64,000 nucleotides of DNA. It comes from Hyaloraphidium curvatum SAG 235-1 (taxonomy: Eukaryota; Fungi; Monoblepharomycota). Positions within the stretch are counted from its first letter, which is position 1, and each line of letters begins with the position of its first letter. The stretch covers positions 248,001-312,000 of the forward strand of contig JAIVFI010000015.1 of assembly GCA_025558095.1 (NCBI GenBank), written 5' to 3'. A program made the position numbers and the translations under genes. Shown here piece by piece: positions 44,359 to 57,200 of this stretch. Below the pieces are notes generated by a model. That model did not search any database and was not told the DNA's origin. It saw only the letters and a program-made list of their open reading frames with translations.

Positions 44359-45736
44359 TCATTTGGGCCCCAGGCTAACGACGGCTTTCTGCGCCAGTGA
44401 CGCGACAGCCTGGTCGTCCATGCCCAGAAGATCCATGAGCACCTCTCGAGTGTGGGCTCCGAGATCGGGTCCCGCCCACGTCGTCCTCCCCGGTGTTCCC
44501 ATTAGCTTCGGCGTGTAAGCTGGCACCTTCAGAGGCGCTCCCAAAACCTGAACTTCCTCGAGCATGCCACGCGCCTTCACATGTGGATCCGCCACGATGT
44601 CCTTGACGTCGTAGATTGGACCCGCGGGAACCTCCGCCTTTTCCAAGGCCGCGAGCGCCTCCTCGACGGTCAGAGTTCGCGTCCAATCGTTGATGGCACC
44701 GTCGATCCGATCCTGGTGCTGCACACGCCCGGCGTTCGTGGCGCACTCTGGAGCATTCGCCAGATCAGCACGTCCCGCAGCAGACATCAGTCGCTTGTAT
44801 ATCGAATCCCCATTGCCTCCGATAACGACCATTCCGCCTTTGCATTGATAGACATCTAGAGTAGCGGGAATAGTTGGTACGGTGTCAACCCCCGACGAGG
44901 GCGCGACGTACTCGTAGGAACGATGCCCGTCACAGTCGTGCCGGAAGGCTCGCGGGTCTTGCCCAGCCTGTCGTACTCGGGAATGGCTCCCTCCATCACG
45001 TTCAGCATGGATTCGTAGAGCGCCACGTCGACGACCTGTCCTCCCGAACCCGGCTTCAACTTGTTTCTGGCCACCAACGCCAGGAGGATGCCGATCACGG
45101 CGTGCAAGCCGGCCACCGTGTCCCCAAGGCTGATGTTGGGGCGCACGGGCGGTTCGCCAGGGAAGCCGGTCACGTAACGGAATCCCGCCATCGCCTCGCA
45201 AACCGAAGCATATCCTGCTTTAGGAGCGTACGGTCCATTTTGCCCGTAACCCGAGACTGGACGAGAAGCTAATCAGCCGCCCGTTACCCAGCGTTGGCGC
45301 GAAACACACCCCGCGTGATCACCAAGCTAGGATTGGCCTGAAGCAAGTCGTCCGGCCCCATGCCCCACTTTTCGAGCGTCCCTGGTTTGAAGTTCTCGAT
45401 CAGCACATCGCTCTTGAGGGCCAGATTTCTGGCGATAGTCCGCCCTTCGGGCTTCCTCAAGTCCAGGGCAACACTCTTCTTGTTCCGGGCAAGACTCCGC
45501 CACCAAGGAGACACGCCGTCCTTGTCCAATCCCCGCCAGCCTCGAAGCGGATCGCCGCCTTGAGGAGGCTCCACTTTGATGACCTCTGCACCAAAGTATC
45601 CGAGCATCGATCCCGCAAAGGGTCCGGCGAGGAGCTGTCCGAGCTCGAGGACGCGGAGGCCTTCCAACGGAGGCGTCTTTGCCTCCGGGAGAGTTGCAAA
45701 CAGTCGTCTCGACGCGAAAGGGGCGCGCCGCATCAT
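44359..45736 (-). CDS. CoA-transferase family III (CaiB/BaiF, SUGCT-like), mitochondrial, multi-exon
   Basis: PLEGLRVLELGQLLAGPFAG..LGYFGAEVIKVEPP.GGD, RNKKSV.LDL, ENFKPG, GPDLGAHT. Confidence 0.93.
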
Positions 45737-45860
45737 CTTGACGCGCTGTTTCCGGGAGCGAACGAGCTGCTACTTCGGCGGCGGCGCGTCTTCGATCACT
45801 CACACCTCCTCGGGTTCGGTTTCCCAGTCGGCAGACGCCCTCCCTCTTCAAAGGCCCATC

Positions 45861-46855
45861 ATGAGCAGGTCGCCGCGCGACGATGACGACCGGGACGGCG
45901 AGCGCGCGAACAAGCCCGAGATTGAGCGGAGAACCGCGGCCGAGAGCACGGACAAACCGGGCGGCCTGTCGTTCGTCGGCAAGGCGAAGAAGTTCACTGT
46001 CGAACGCGAAAAGGTAGAGAGGGAACATTTTCTCCATCTTTCGTTGCTTGACGCGGCCTCGTAGGTCTGCCCGTTCCTGCTGCGCACTTTCGTGCGGGAC
46101 GGCTCGTTTCACCGGATCGAGGGCTTCACCGAGCTGCCACCAAAGGAAGATGAGATCGATTTCCACACGTGGTGAGCAACTTTGCAGGTTTGCGACGCCG
46201 GAAGGTCGGTCCGACGCGTGTGCGCGACAGGAAGGACTGCACTTTGCGCGAACTCGCTTCCCTCATTGCCGAGACCCGACCTTCTGCGGCCACCCGGCAG
46301 GCCAAGATCAGCTTCAAGTTGCTGTACAAAGATACGCAGCGCGGACGCTACTCGTTCACCGACATTGGGAACGTCCTGAATGCGCGGACGACTCCCGACG
46401 ACAACAAAACTCTTTCGGACGTCAAGCTGCAGATCGGGGACCTGATGAGCATTGCAATCTTCTCTTCTGGCGACAGGCCGGCCGAAGGGCCCGGTGATCG
46501 GGGCATGGGGACCGGCCCGAGGGGCCCGAGGGACATGATCCAGTTCGGCGAGCGTGATCGTGACACGCGCCCGGTCGGCGGTGGCCGCATGGCCGGTCGC
46601 TTGGGAGGGGGACCCGGCACATTCGGCAACGGCCGGCCGCGGTTCGATGGGGACACGCAGGGGTTCCATCCGTATCGGGCTGGGCCGGGGGGAGTTGGGC
46701 CCGGCCCGCGGGGTTCGTTCGACGACAAAGGGCCTCGTGGCGGCGCGGGTCGCGACATGGGTCGAGAGCAGCAACCGCATCCTTGGGACGTTCGCCCGAG
46801 GGACTTTAGGGGTGGATTCGGTGGGGGAGGAGCTGGCTTCCGTTCGGATCGATGA
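45861..46855 (+). CDS. SAP18: SAP18 (Sin3/ASAP complex) with Gly/Arg-rich tail
   Basis: VEREK/VCPFLLRTF...HTW/KDCTLRELASLI...DDNKTL...QIGDLMSIAI. Confidence 0.9.
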
Positions 46856-46926
46856 TCGGGCCACGTGTAGTGCATTGTACGGCATCAAGAATTGAAAAAG
46901 CAGCCACGTCTTCGGTGGAAGAACAA

Positions 46927-48578
46927 TCAAAACTCTAGCCGTGGTGCCTGTCGCGGTGCGAGCTTGCTGGCCTTGACCGCGATTTCGGCGACGGCGACGA
47001 TGCATGCCACGATAATCAGGTAAATGATGATCCAGGTGATTGATGACATTTTGGACGAAGACAGATGATCGTTCAGCAGATCCAGAAGATCGGCGATGAC
47101 TTCCGTCCTCTTGTTCAGGATGGTTGTCCGAGGGTTGATTTCGAGGTATGCTGAAAGCATAGTGGCGGTTAATCGGGCGACAGAGAGGAAGAGGGCGGCC
47201 GCCAGGCTCACTTCTCATGGCGCTGTACACCGGCTGGAGCTCCGGCTTGTCCCATAGGAAATCCGGATCGTCCAGAACGTTGCTGACGAGGTTCACACCC
47301 ATTCTCAGGTTGAACAACCGGCCCATGGTCATGACGACAGCTTCCCTCGACAGCCCGACCTCGCCGGTCTGGGCCATGGTCTCGGGGATGCCCTTTGTCG
47401 CGTCGATCGTCTCCTCCATGAGATTCTCGAACTGGTTCAGCTTCACCGACTGGGCAATGGCGTGAGAAATCACGAGCTTGTTGAGGGGATTGGTGGACTT
47501 GAGGGTGATGAGGTCGTTGAAGATGCGCGGTTGGTAAGGAGGGCTGGGATCGTACTGGAAGGAGAAGTCGTCGGTCTCCACATCGTCCTGCTTCAGAGGT
47601 TCGACGGAGCAAGGGAAGATGGTGGAGAGGATGCGCTGCTCATCGACCTCGCTGAAGTTCCAAAAGACCTGCGGGCACGGAAATCAGGGACGCCCGAAGC
47701 AAGGCACAAAGCAAGAAACGCACAACGCAGCCGTACTCAAAGAAAAAGATCTCGGAATCCTTCAACGAATCCTGCACATCGTCCTTGCCTGTCGGCGTCT
47801 GTGGACCATAGTCTCCTTCCTCGTAATCTTCCATCAGACCGCGCCGTTCGTCATCCGGATTGCGATCTTCCGTCGACAGGTCCTCGCCCGATGAAAGATA
47901 GTCAAAGATCATGCCCTGGCCGCGGCCCGTCGAGCGGGCATCGTACAGGTCGTGCAGCGTCTGAATCGACTGCCGGTCGTACTTGGCGTACAGGCACTCG
48001 TCGTACGAGACCCAGGACGCGACACTATGCCGCTGGGTGAGCAACGTCCGGAGGTCCTTCAAGTTGTACTCGTCCGCCGTGCAGAACCCGGTGACGCGGG
48101 GCAGGTCGCGCCGCTGCTGCCGCGTCATTCGCTCGGCCTCCGTCTTGGCTATCTCGGGCGGCAGCCACGGCACCACGACCTCGTTCTCGGAGGAAACAAA
48201 CACCTCGAGGCCCTCGGGATCGTGCACGCCCCGGGGCCCCACATCGTAGACGGGTTCGTCCGCATCGGGAAGCAGCACAAGCTTCGAGGCGATTTTGGTC
48301 GTCCGTTGTTGAGCTGGGGAAGGTTAAGGACCACTTCGGACGGGAGGACGCGTCATCAACGTACCTGGTTTGCCTCCGCCCGAAGGTTTCAGGGCCGATA
48401 TCACGTTGGGCGGCGCGATGGCCTGCTTCCGAGGGGGTGGGAAAGCGCGCGAGGAGGAAGCGCCGGAGCTCGTCCGCCGCATCGCATCGCCCTCGGGGTC
48501 CGGCGGGACCACGCCCTCGAAGACGTTGTCCTCCGATAACGCGCGCCGCCGCGTCTTTGGAGGCGCCGCGGAGGACAT
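46927..48578 (-). CDS. DUF155 protein (Rmd1/Rmd8-like), multi-exon
   Basis: LPRVTGFCTADEY, IFFFEYG, RIFNDLITL, ISHAIAQSVKL, VLDDPDFLW, YLEINPR...ITWIIIYLI. Confidence 0.9.
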
Positions 48579-49435
48579 TTTGTGGGCGGGACGGATGCTC
48601 GCGGTGGACGATCGTCGCAAGTCAAGGCTGCGCCCAACTCACACCGTCCTTGCACGTTGAAGGTTGCGATCGGAGAGACGTTTCCTCGAAAAGATGAAAA
48701 GATTACGATATGATTGATACTGGCAAGACATAGAGAACATGCGGCGCAGACAGTCTACAGGGACGGGTGCCATCACGCCTCCTTCTTCGGCGTGGGAACG
48801 AAACCATTGTCGATGCCATGATGCTGGCACCAGCCTCTGACCGAGTCCCGGAGCCTCTGCCGACCGAGCTCCGTTGGTTGCACCTCTGCAACGAGCTGTC
48901 GAGCGATCGAGATAACGAACACCTGGAGCTTAAACAAGAGGCCCCGAAATGGCACCAGCGGCATAAATACCTTGTCAAAGAGCTCCGGAGCCAGCAGCCA
49001 CAGCCCTATGAACTGTGTCGCCTTGGTGATGGGCGGCAGCCTCACGGGTTCAAGCGAGTCGAGTTTGCCAAAGTATTCCAAAGTCTTTGGTCCCGTTCCG
49101 AAGACGTCGTCGAGAGGATCATTCACTGTCAGCGATTTGGCTCTGAATTCTTCCGCAGAAAAGGCAGCGGTGCTGGAAGCTTCCGCTCAGGGACCACGGA
49201 GTTGCGCGCGGTCGGCCCTCTAACCTCTTGTATCGCGCCGCCATGGACAGGGCAGCCCGGGCGCCAAGAAACGGTCCACTACGAATCAGATAGAGAGTCA
49301 TCATGTACGGGAAGTGTAGGCAAGAGTTCACACCGCCCGTCTCGCCGCGCGATCAAACGCGATCGTTCCTTGGATCGTTCGCTGTAGTGCACGACCCCGC
49401 CCCTCGCGTCCCGAGACGCGTTTGAGGCCCCGAAA

Positions 49436-50489
49436 ATGGCCAATGCACCACCTGTCACGCGTCCTCCGGAGTCGGTCCTGAGCGATGAGCTCATCGACGC
49501 TGTTTACCGGGCAATCGGCCAGCATTACGCGACGTACCCCTTTCCTGGCAATGAGCGGGACCTCCGGAGCAAAGCTGCCGATGCTCTCTCCTTCCTCGAT
49601 GGCAGCCGAGGCGTGGACCCCAGCATGGCGACCCTCTGGCGCGACGTGGTCAAGGAGTTGCTGAAGGACGAGAAATCCGTCTCACCGAACGATCTCCCGT
49701 CGGCCCTCCGTTCCTTCGAACGATTGGAGCTGTTGAGGCGGCAGAAGTTCGAGGAGGACGAACGCCGTACCGTCGCCAGGATCCTTCGCAAGCTCCAGAA
49801 GGATGCCGAACAACACTCCAGCGACCCCGATCCCGCGATCCGAGCTGTGGAGGTGATCAAGGCGGTGGAAGCGGTGGACAAGCTGCACTTGAAGCTGGAG
49901 AGGCGCTGCGAACATGCGTTGCTGATTTCCCGCAAGCTCGTGAGTCGGTGGCCACGGCACGGCCTGCAGGCTTCTCATTTCTGGCCAACAGTGCATCACC
50001 ATTGCACTGAAGCGCGGGGCAACCGCTGCGCAGGCTCATGCGCTGATGAACGACCTGTATCCCTTGGACTCGGGGGGCAGACCGTCCGTCGCCATGGAAT
50101 TGCGCCACTTTGAGATCGACACCCGCGCTGACCTGGTCCGGTGGATCCCGAAGCTCCGCGGTGGCTTGGATGAGGCGGCAGAGAAGAAAGCTTCCCAGCT
50201 GTGGGTGCATCGACATCTGGTGTTCCATGGAGCACCTGCCGATCTTTCGAATAGGAGTTCTGCAGAAACTGAACAGGTGGTCATCGCCTTGGCTCCGGCC
50301 AGCCGCAGCTGGGCGTACGTTTCCGACAAGATTCGCAAGTACCTCAGGGATCTGGCCACCTTCTACGAGAAATTGGGACAGCTGCTGGAGCACGACTACG
50401 GCAAGGGCGGAAGCTACTTTGATTCAGCGCTGGTGCAGATTGCGAAGTTCGAGAACTTTGTCGAGGAAGCCATTGAAACCGAGGACTGA
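49436..50489 (+). CDS. Hypothetical helical protein (probably 2 exons, intron starting ~49940)
   Basis: ORFs 49436.. and ..50489 can be joined through a gtgagt donor; codon usage is gene-like; no recognised motif. Confidence 0.55.
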
Positions 50490-50582
50490 CTGTAAAAGAG
50501 CTGGAACATTTGATCCTGACCCATTGCACATCTGCTGACTCTCACCACGCGATCCATTCCGAAAGTCCAACATTCCGCGTGA

Positions 50583-51534
50583 CTAAACCTGTTGATCCGC
50601 CGCCACGACCACCTTCGGATCATCCTTTGCTGCAACTTCCTCGGTATCCTCCCCCTTCTTTGCTGCAAGCTTCTCGGCTTGCTCGGCAGCCCACTCATCC
50701 GGATGCAGCCGCTTGAACCGAGCTTCCAGGATGAAGTACAGGGGGATGAAGAAGCCGGTGATCGGGAAGTACACTGCAGGACAACGAAACGACAATCAGC
50801 TGAAGACAGAGCATGAAGAAGTTTGGCGGCTCACCAAGATACAGCACGAACGTCGCTGATCGCCGGGTGTTCAGATTCTCGTCAACAGAAGCGGACAAAG
50901 CAAGAGCCCTCACCGATCTGGAAGTCGCTCAGCGCGATGGCTATGGCGCCAAACAGCGCGCCGGCCGCGTCCAGCGCACACATGCCCAAGCTCAGGCCCA
51001 CAACCCTCCCTCGTTTGTATGCCTCGTAGTACTGCGGGAGGAGACCCCCGACGCCGACAGCGACGGTGACGTAGGCGAAAAAGTCCAGGGAGACGCCGTT
51101 GGCCTGGGCGGCACGAAGGCCGAAGACCAGCGCGCACAATACAAGCATGTCGGCGGCGACCAGCCCGAGGGTGCGCAGAGAGGGTTGCAGGTATTTCCGG
51201 CCATAGTGGTCGTAGAACCAGTATTGGAAGAAGGACACCCAGAGGAAGAAGGAGAAGACGAGCGGTTGCGCGATGAGGGAAGGCGACAAGCGCATGACGA
51301 TGGCGTAGGTCGAGATGAGCACGCCGTTCAGAGACCAGATTAAAGTCAAGAGGACGCTGAGTCCGTCGGTGCTCTTGCTCCTGTAGTTCTTGAAAACCTT
51401 AAGGCCGCCAGATAAGGGGAATGACTTCTGCGGTTCGTGCGGCGGGTCCTCACCTGAGGAACGGGGACCAGCGCCCAGCACACGAGTCCGAGGGCGGCGA
51501 TAACCTCGCTGGCGACGTGCGTGGCGGCGGACAT
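50583..51534 (-). CDS. PQ-loop (cystinosin/Ypq-like) transporter, multi-exon
   Basis: CWALVPVPQ/VFKNYRSKSTDGLS...LIAQP...GGLLPQYYEAYKRGRVVGLS, with multiple TM segments. Confidence 0.88.
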
Positions 51535-51863
51535 GGTGGTGTTGTAAGTCGCGGCCCTGCGCGTGTCGGCTCCTTTTATGCGCGTGACGGCGGGTTTTGG
51601 CCGCACGTTCTGGACCATGTTTTGGAGATAGGGAACGTTCGGCAGATTTCCGAGCGCGTCAGCCGTCCCCTCGGGCGGCTACCGCGATAACGTGGAACCC
51701 GCAAGGAACTTCGCCGACTTCCGAAGGAATTTCCCTCTCTTTCCGTGGACGGACGGGCGAGCTTCAAAGGCCCAGGGGCCCCAGCGGGAAGCGTCAAACC
51801 CGCATTCCCCCGCCGCTCGTCTGCACCCCTACCCAGACCCCACCCGCAGCCCTCCGAACAACA

Positions 51864-52856
51864 ATGCTTCAGACATTCGGTGCGTGCCTTAGACTGTGCT
51901 TGTCGGTCGCGTCTTGACGGAGGCTCTTCCCAGAACCGCTCAACCCGTGCGAGCTCACGCCCGAGCAACTTGCCTCGTTCCGCCGCGACGGCTATGTAGT
52001 CCTCCCGGCCTGGTTCTCCCCCGCCGAAGTCGACATGCTGCGCTCCGAAGCCGCCAATGAGCTCGTCGTCGACCGTCCCGGCCGCGTGCTCGAACGCAGC
52101 GGGGCGGTGCGCAGCGTGTTTGCGTCGCACAGGCACTCCAACGTCTTTTCGCGGCTGGCGCGACTGCCGAGGCTCGCCATACCCGCCACGCAGCTGTTGG
52201 GCGAGAGGGAGCTCTACGTGCATCAATTCAAAGTTAACGCCAAGGTCGCGCTCGATGGTGACTGCTGGGAGTGGTACGTGGGCAGTACCTACTTTTCTCG
52301 CCTACCCTGACACTCGACTGCATCCCCCAGGCATCAAGACTCGCTCTTCTGGCTCAAGGAAGACGGGATGCCTACCTCCAACGTACTCAGCGCCGTCGTC
52401 TTCCTGAACGAAGTGACCGACTTTAACGGCCCGCTCCTCCTCATCCCCGGCTCGCACCGCCTCGGCGTCATCGACCGGGAGGTGGAGAGCAAGTACGCCG
52501 CGGACAGCGCCAGCGAAGCCTGGAAGTCCACGCTCACGGCGGACCTAAAGTACAAGGTCGACAGCGACGTGCTCAACGCGGCGCTGCGCGGGTCGCGGAT
52601 CGTGGCGGCAAAGGGCAAGCCAGGCTTCGTCGTCTTCTTCCACGGCAACACGCTCCATGCATCCGCGGGCAACCTCTCCACCGTCGACCGGCTCAGCGTC
52701 TTCGTCAGCTACAACCCGTGCAGCAACGCCCTGATGCCCCTGGCCAACCCGCGACCGACGTATATCGCGGAAAGGAACTTTGCGCCGATCAGGGTGCTCC
52801 CTCGCGACTCGCTCCTTCCCGATGAGGGATCACTGCGCGTGCCACCCAGGCTCTGA
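51864..52856 (+). CDS. PhyH-family Fe(II)/2OG dioxygenase, ectoine-hydroxylase(EctD)-like, 2 introns
   Basis: FRRDGYVVLP, YVHQFKVNAK...WEW/HQDSLFWLKEDGMP, NGPLLLIPGSH, FHGNTLHASAGN...R. Confidence 0.85.
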
Positions 52857-53249
52857 GCACTTGATGCATCCGGCCGGCTATATCTTGGACGTCATCACCT
52901 CCCGGAGCTTCGCCTTTGGACGTTGGTCAGCACGGCGTGCGTGCTGCTGTCGTCAATGCTGCGGTAGACTATCGGTTCCGGGGCGCTCGCGCCGAAAAGC
53001 TCACCGCTGTGGAAATGTTCATTTGTAATTGTGTCAATTGATTCTCCACCGCGAGGTTGTCCGTCCATGCTCTATGACAATCCTTAAAGCGGTACTCCCG
53101 CGCCGGATTTGCGGGAAGGCCGTCTGGGCATCCTTCGAAGAAGAAGCGGGGATTTCGTTCGTTCGGGTCCAAGGGTCTGATTATTGAGTTCGCCGGACGT
53201 TTCCATGCAACGTTTCTATCTTTGTGGTGCGGTGAACCACTCAAACATC

Positions 53250-54378
53250 ATGTCAGACCGCCTGTCGAAGCTAGTAGCTGTCCGCACTGTGGCCTTTGTT
53301 GGCCTCGGCTCGAGTTCGTCGGCGCGACCGCCGCGATTGTTGCATGCTGACGCTCGTCATGCAGTGGGCAGGCCGATGGCCGAGAATCTCGCGGAAAAGC
53401 TACCCGCGGCGGTCTCGCTACTCGTGCTGGACGCGCTCCCGGCGGTCGTCGATGCGTTCCTCGCGTCTCCGCGGGTTGCCGCCGCCGGGCGGGTGAGGCG
53501 CGCCGCGTCGGCCGCGGACGTGGCACGCAGCGCGGACCTCGTGTTCACGGCCCTTCCAGGGCCGGCAGAGGCGTTGGACATGTACGCCACGTTCGCCGAG
53601 GCCATTGCGGACCTGGATTCGAAGCCGGTGTTCGTGGAGTTGGGCACCGTCGGCTCGTCCTGCGTAAAGCGGTGCAACGGCATGGTGGCCGGGGCCGGTG
53701 GCACCGTGGTCGACAGCCCCATGTCGGGCGGGATCGGCCGTGCGGCCGCAGGGACCCTGACATTCATGGTCGGCGTCGACGACTGCGCGGCAGCACCCTC
53801 CGACGTCGCCGCAACCACCCCGTTGCTGGACGCGCTCCGCCAGTTCCTGTCGCTCATCGGCACGACCATCTACCTCGTGGGAACAGTGGGAACAGCGCAG
53901 ACGGCCAAGCTTCTGAACAATGCCAACGAGTATTCGTCTTTGCTCGCGCTGAGCGAGACCTTGCTGGTCGGCAAGGCGCACGGGATCGACCCGAAGCTTC
54001 TGTCTGCCATCGTTAATGCCTCGACCGGGCAGACTTGGGTCTCTTCTAACTACAGCCCTGCACCGGGCATCACGGACGATGTTCCGAGCTCCAGAGGGTA
54101 CCAGCTTCCTGGGTTTCCGCTTTTTGGCGCCGTCAAGGTACGCCCCTTGAAGTCCGCTGTGCGCAGGACAGTCTCCAACGATCGTCTCTTCCCGTGGACA
54201 GGATCTAACCTTGGCCGTCAAGGCTGCTCAAGATGTGGGCATCTCGCCGGTGCTCGGATCGGTCGTGCTGGAGGCGAACAAGGCGGCATGCGAGGACGAT
54301 TCGCGTCGCCGGCTGGACTACACCGTCATCTACCAGGCGATCGCCCAGAAGTGGGGCGTGGATGTTTCGGCGCTGTAG
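53250..54378 (+). CDS. 3-hydroxyisobutyrate dehydrogenase-like beta-hydroxyacid dehydrogenase, 2 introns
   Basis: VAFVGLGS/MGRPMA, VDSPMSGG..RAAAGTLTFMVG, AKLLNN, STGQTWVS. Confidence 0.88.
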
Positions 54379-54649
54379 CGGATCCGTTGTTGAGTAGAAA
54401 GATCGGAGTGTACGGCTCAAACCGGCGGCGAAGCAACGGGCCTTATGTGGACTTATTCGATGCAGTGCTGGCTTAGGTGGCGAAGTTAACTTCTCCAGGG
54501 AAGCGTTTTCATCCGATAACTGACGACTGTAGAAGCATCGTTGACGACCTCCGCACGTGATGGCCGGCGCGGATCCCAAAGGACCCGCCGGACCCGGCCC
54601 ATCGTTTCACTTGCTCATTCGCATCTGCCTCCAAATCCTCCGTCCTACG

Positions 54650-55741
54650 ATGGCCGCGATGCTCCGCGGCGCCGCGTTCTCCACCTGGGGCCTTTATGCT
54701 TTCACCGCCAGCGGTTACGCGCGGTCGGCGAAGCGGTACGTCGCTTCGGACCTTGCCGACATGTCCGGCAAGGCCGTCGTCGTCACGGGTGCCAATTCGG
54801 GGCTCGGCTATGCGGCGAGCGTTGCCTTTGCCAAGCTGAACGCGGACGTGCACATGGTCTGCCGATCCAAAGGCAAGGGCGACGAGGCGAGGGAAAAGAT
54901 CGTCAAGGAGACCGGCAACGAACGCGTGTACCTCCATCTGCTCGATTTGTCCTCCATCGCCTCGATCCGGCCCTTTGTCGAGAAGCTCGAGGCCCAGCTG
55001 GGTGGCAAGGGCGTCTCGGTGCTTTGCAACAACGCTGGCGTGCTCAACAACGAAAAGGTCGTGTGCAAGGAGGGGTTGGAGGAGAGCTACGCGACCAACC
55101 TCGTGGGCACGTTCCACCTGACCGAGCTCATGCTGCCGCTGTTGGAAAAGGCCAAGCCTGCCAGGGTGATCACCGTCTCTTCCGGAGGCGCGTACAACGC
55201 TAGGTGGGCGAGTTGATCCGCGCAATCAATGGGCAACGTCTCACAGGCTTCGTTCAGCCTTTCCAACCTCCTCACGAGCCCCGACAGCGCCAAGTGGGAC
55301 GGCGTCTTTGCCTACGCCAAGCAGAAGCGCGGCCAGATCGAGCTGACCAACAAATGGGCGGAGATCTACCCGTTCGAGAATTCCGGCATCCGCTTCTTCT
55401 CGTACCACCCCGGGTGGTCGAGCACTCCCGGGGTGGCGCGGAGCTTGCCGGCGATGGACAAGTCGATGGGCACGATGCTGCGGACCCAGGAGCAGGGCGC
55501 GGACACGATGGTGTGGCTCGCGGCGTTGCCGGAGTCCCTCCTCGCGGAGCGGGGCGTGAAGAATGGCTCCTTCTTTTTCGATCGGGCCGTCGCGGTTCAG
55601 CACATGACGTTCTCCGGAACCCAGGCCTCGCCAGAGGACGTGAAGAAGCTGTACGCGATGCTCCTGGCCGACACGGAGAAGCTTGTAGGCAAGGACAATG
55701 TGTCGTACGCGGAGGACTTGCGAAAGCGGATCGGAATCTGA
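54650..55741 (+). CDS. DHRS12-like short-chain dehydrogenase, 1 intron
   Basis: FTASGY, VTGANSGLG, NNAG, VSSGGAY, YAKQKR, HPGWSSTPGV, QGADT.VWL. Confidence 0.9.
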
Positions 55742-55888
55742 AGGGCATGTCATCTCGCGCTCCAGCCACGCTCCAGTGATGTCACTGCGTGTCATCTGAC
55801 GCTCTAGTCATGTCAATTTTTCAACTAGAATCACAGCAAAAGAATGTGTGCGACAGAAGGAAACGTCCGGTCCGGCCATGTGACCTCA

Positions 55889-57200
55889 TCACCGCAGAGA
55901 GCCCTCCACCGCGGCAGACCCGTCCGAACGACTCCCCTCGGTCGGGCTGGGATTCGATTCGGCGTTCGTGGATGCGCTTTCCGGGGTGGAGAGCTCCTGG
56001 GAGCGGCGGACGTACCGCTCGACTCCTTCCAGGCGCCTCGCAAGCGTCAGGTCTCGCAGGTTCGGAAGGTCCGCCGCGGCATTGATCCCTCCCGTGCTCG
56101 ATGCGCTTGCAGCGGGATAAACGGAAGTAGCGTCTCCGAACGCGATGAACGGCAGGTTCGTCGCCGCCGGCGTCGTCGGCTCCTGCGACAGCTCCCCGTC
56201 TTCCGACACGCCCAACTCCCTCCTCACGCGGGCGAGCGCGTCGAAAAGCCGTGCAATCTGCCCGAGAGATCTGTCCAGCTGTGCCGCTTGGTCCCGCAGG
56301 CGTCCGCTGAGCGGCGGGTCCTCCCCAGCTGCCTCCGCTTCCAAGCCCCGTCCGACAAAGGTGGTTCGCTCCGGAGCGTTCAGCTCGCCGCTCGGGAAGG
56401 ATCGTGGGCCGCGCAGGCCGTCCGTTGCAATCACGTTCTCCGCACTGCGGATCGTCGCCGACGCCGCCTCCCCCGACTGGCTCGCCCGCGCCAGTCTGTC
56501 AAACACCATGCGTTCCAGGGCCCGCGAGACCAGCTCCCGCCTCCGGCTGTGCGGCGGCGAAGCTTCCGGCTGAGTCGAGACGGTCGTCGTCTGCAGGCGG
56601 CGCAGCACGCGCAAGCGCCGGCGCTCCAGCTCGGGGTCCGCGAAGACGGTCGCCGTCGAGGGTGCCGGGGTGTCTGCGGTCGTGAGACTGCCGAGGAAGA
56701 CCTGGGGCGGCCGATCAGCGCATCCAATGGCCGAAACATGCGGGGGATTCCCACGGCGTCGAGGTCCGCGTCCCATGCGTCGGTGTTTGGGGACGCCGGC
56801 GCCGAGTCGTCGGGCCGCAGCGTGCCGAAGACGATTGGAGACGGCGCGGCCCGGGGCTGCGCGGCCGCGTTGTTCGTTGCGGCATTCGCGCGGTTCAGCA
56901 GACGCCGCATCGCAGGGCTGACGGCGGTGCCCCGGAGCGTAGCCTCGGGCCCCGAGTGCGCGGCGACCCCTGCTCCCCCAGTCTTGGGCTTCTTCCCGCG
57001 GTGTGCGCCGTCGGCGTCGTCGTCAAACACGGGCATCGGGTTCCCCATGGCCGCGGTCGCTGCCCCGGCGTGGGCTGGCAGTGTTTGGTCCCGGCGGTTA
57101 GGCCCAGCGGCGCTGCGGGCACCGGAGCCACTACTCCGCTCGCTCCGATCGAGTTCGCTCCGCAGCCTCCCTTGTTGGCGGGGCGCAGAATCTGCTATTG
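55889..57200 (-). CDS. Hypothetical low-complexity protein, multi-exon; start uncertain
   Basis: Two overlapping minus-strand ORFs can be joined by an intron at ~56702-56753; the frame extends upstream to a splice acceptor near 57190-57213. Confidence 0.45.

Noticed and set aside
519-46855. A 'silencing cluster' of TRAX, Clr2-like, CDCA7-chromo and SAP18
   Set aside because: The genes are spread over 46 kb among unrelated housekeeping genes; adjacency is expected by chance in a compact genome.
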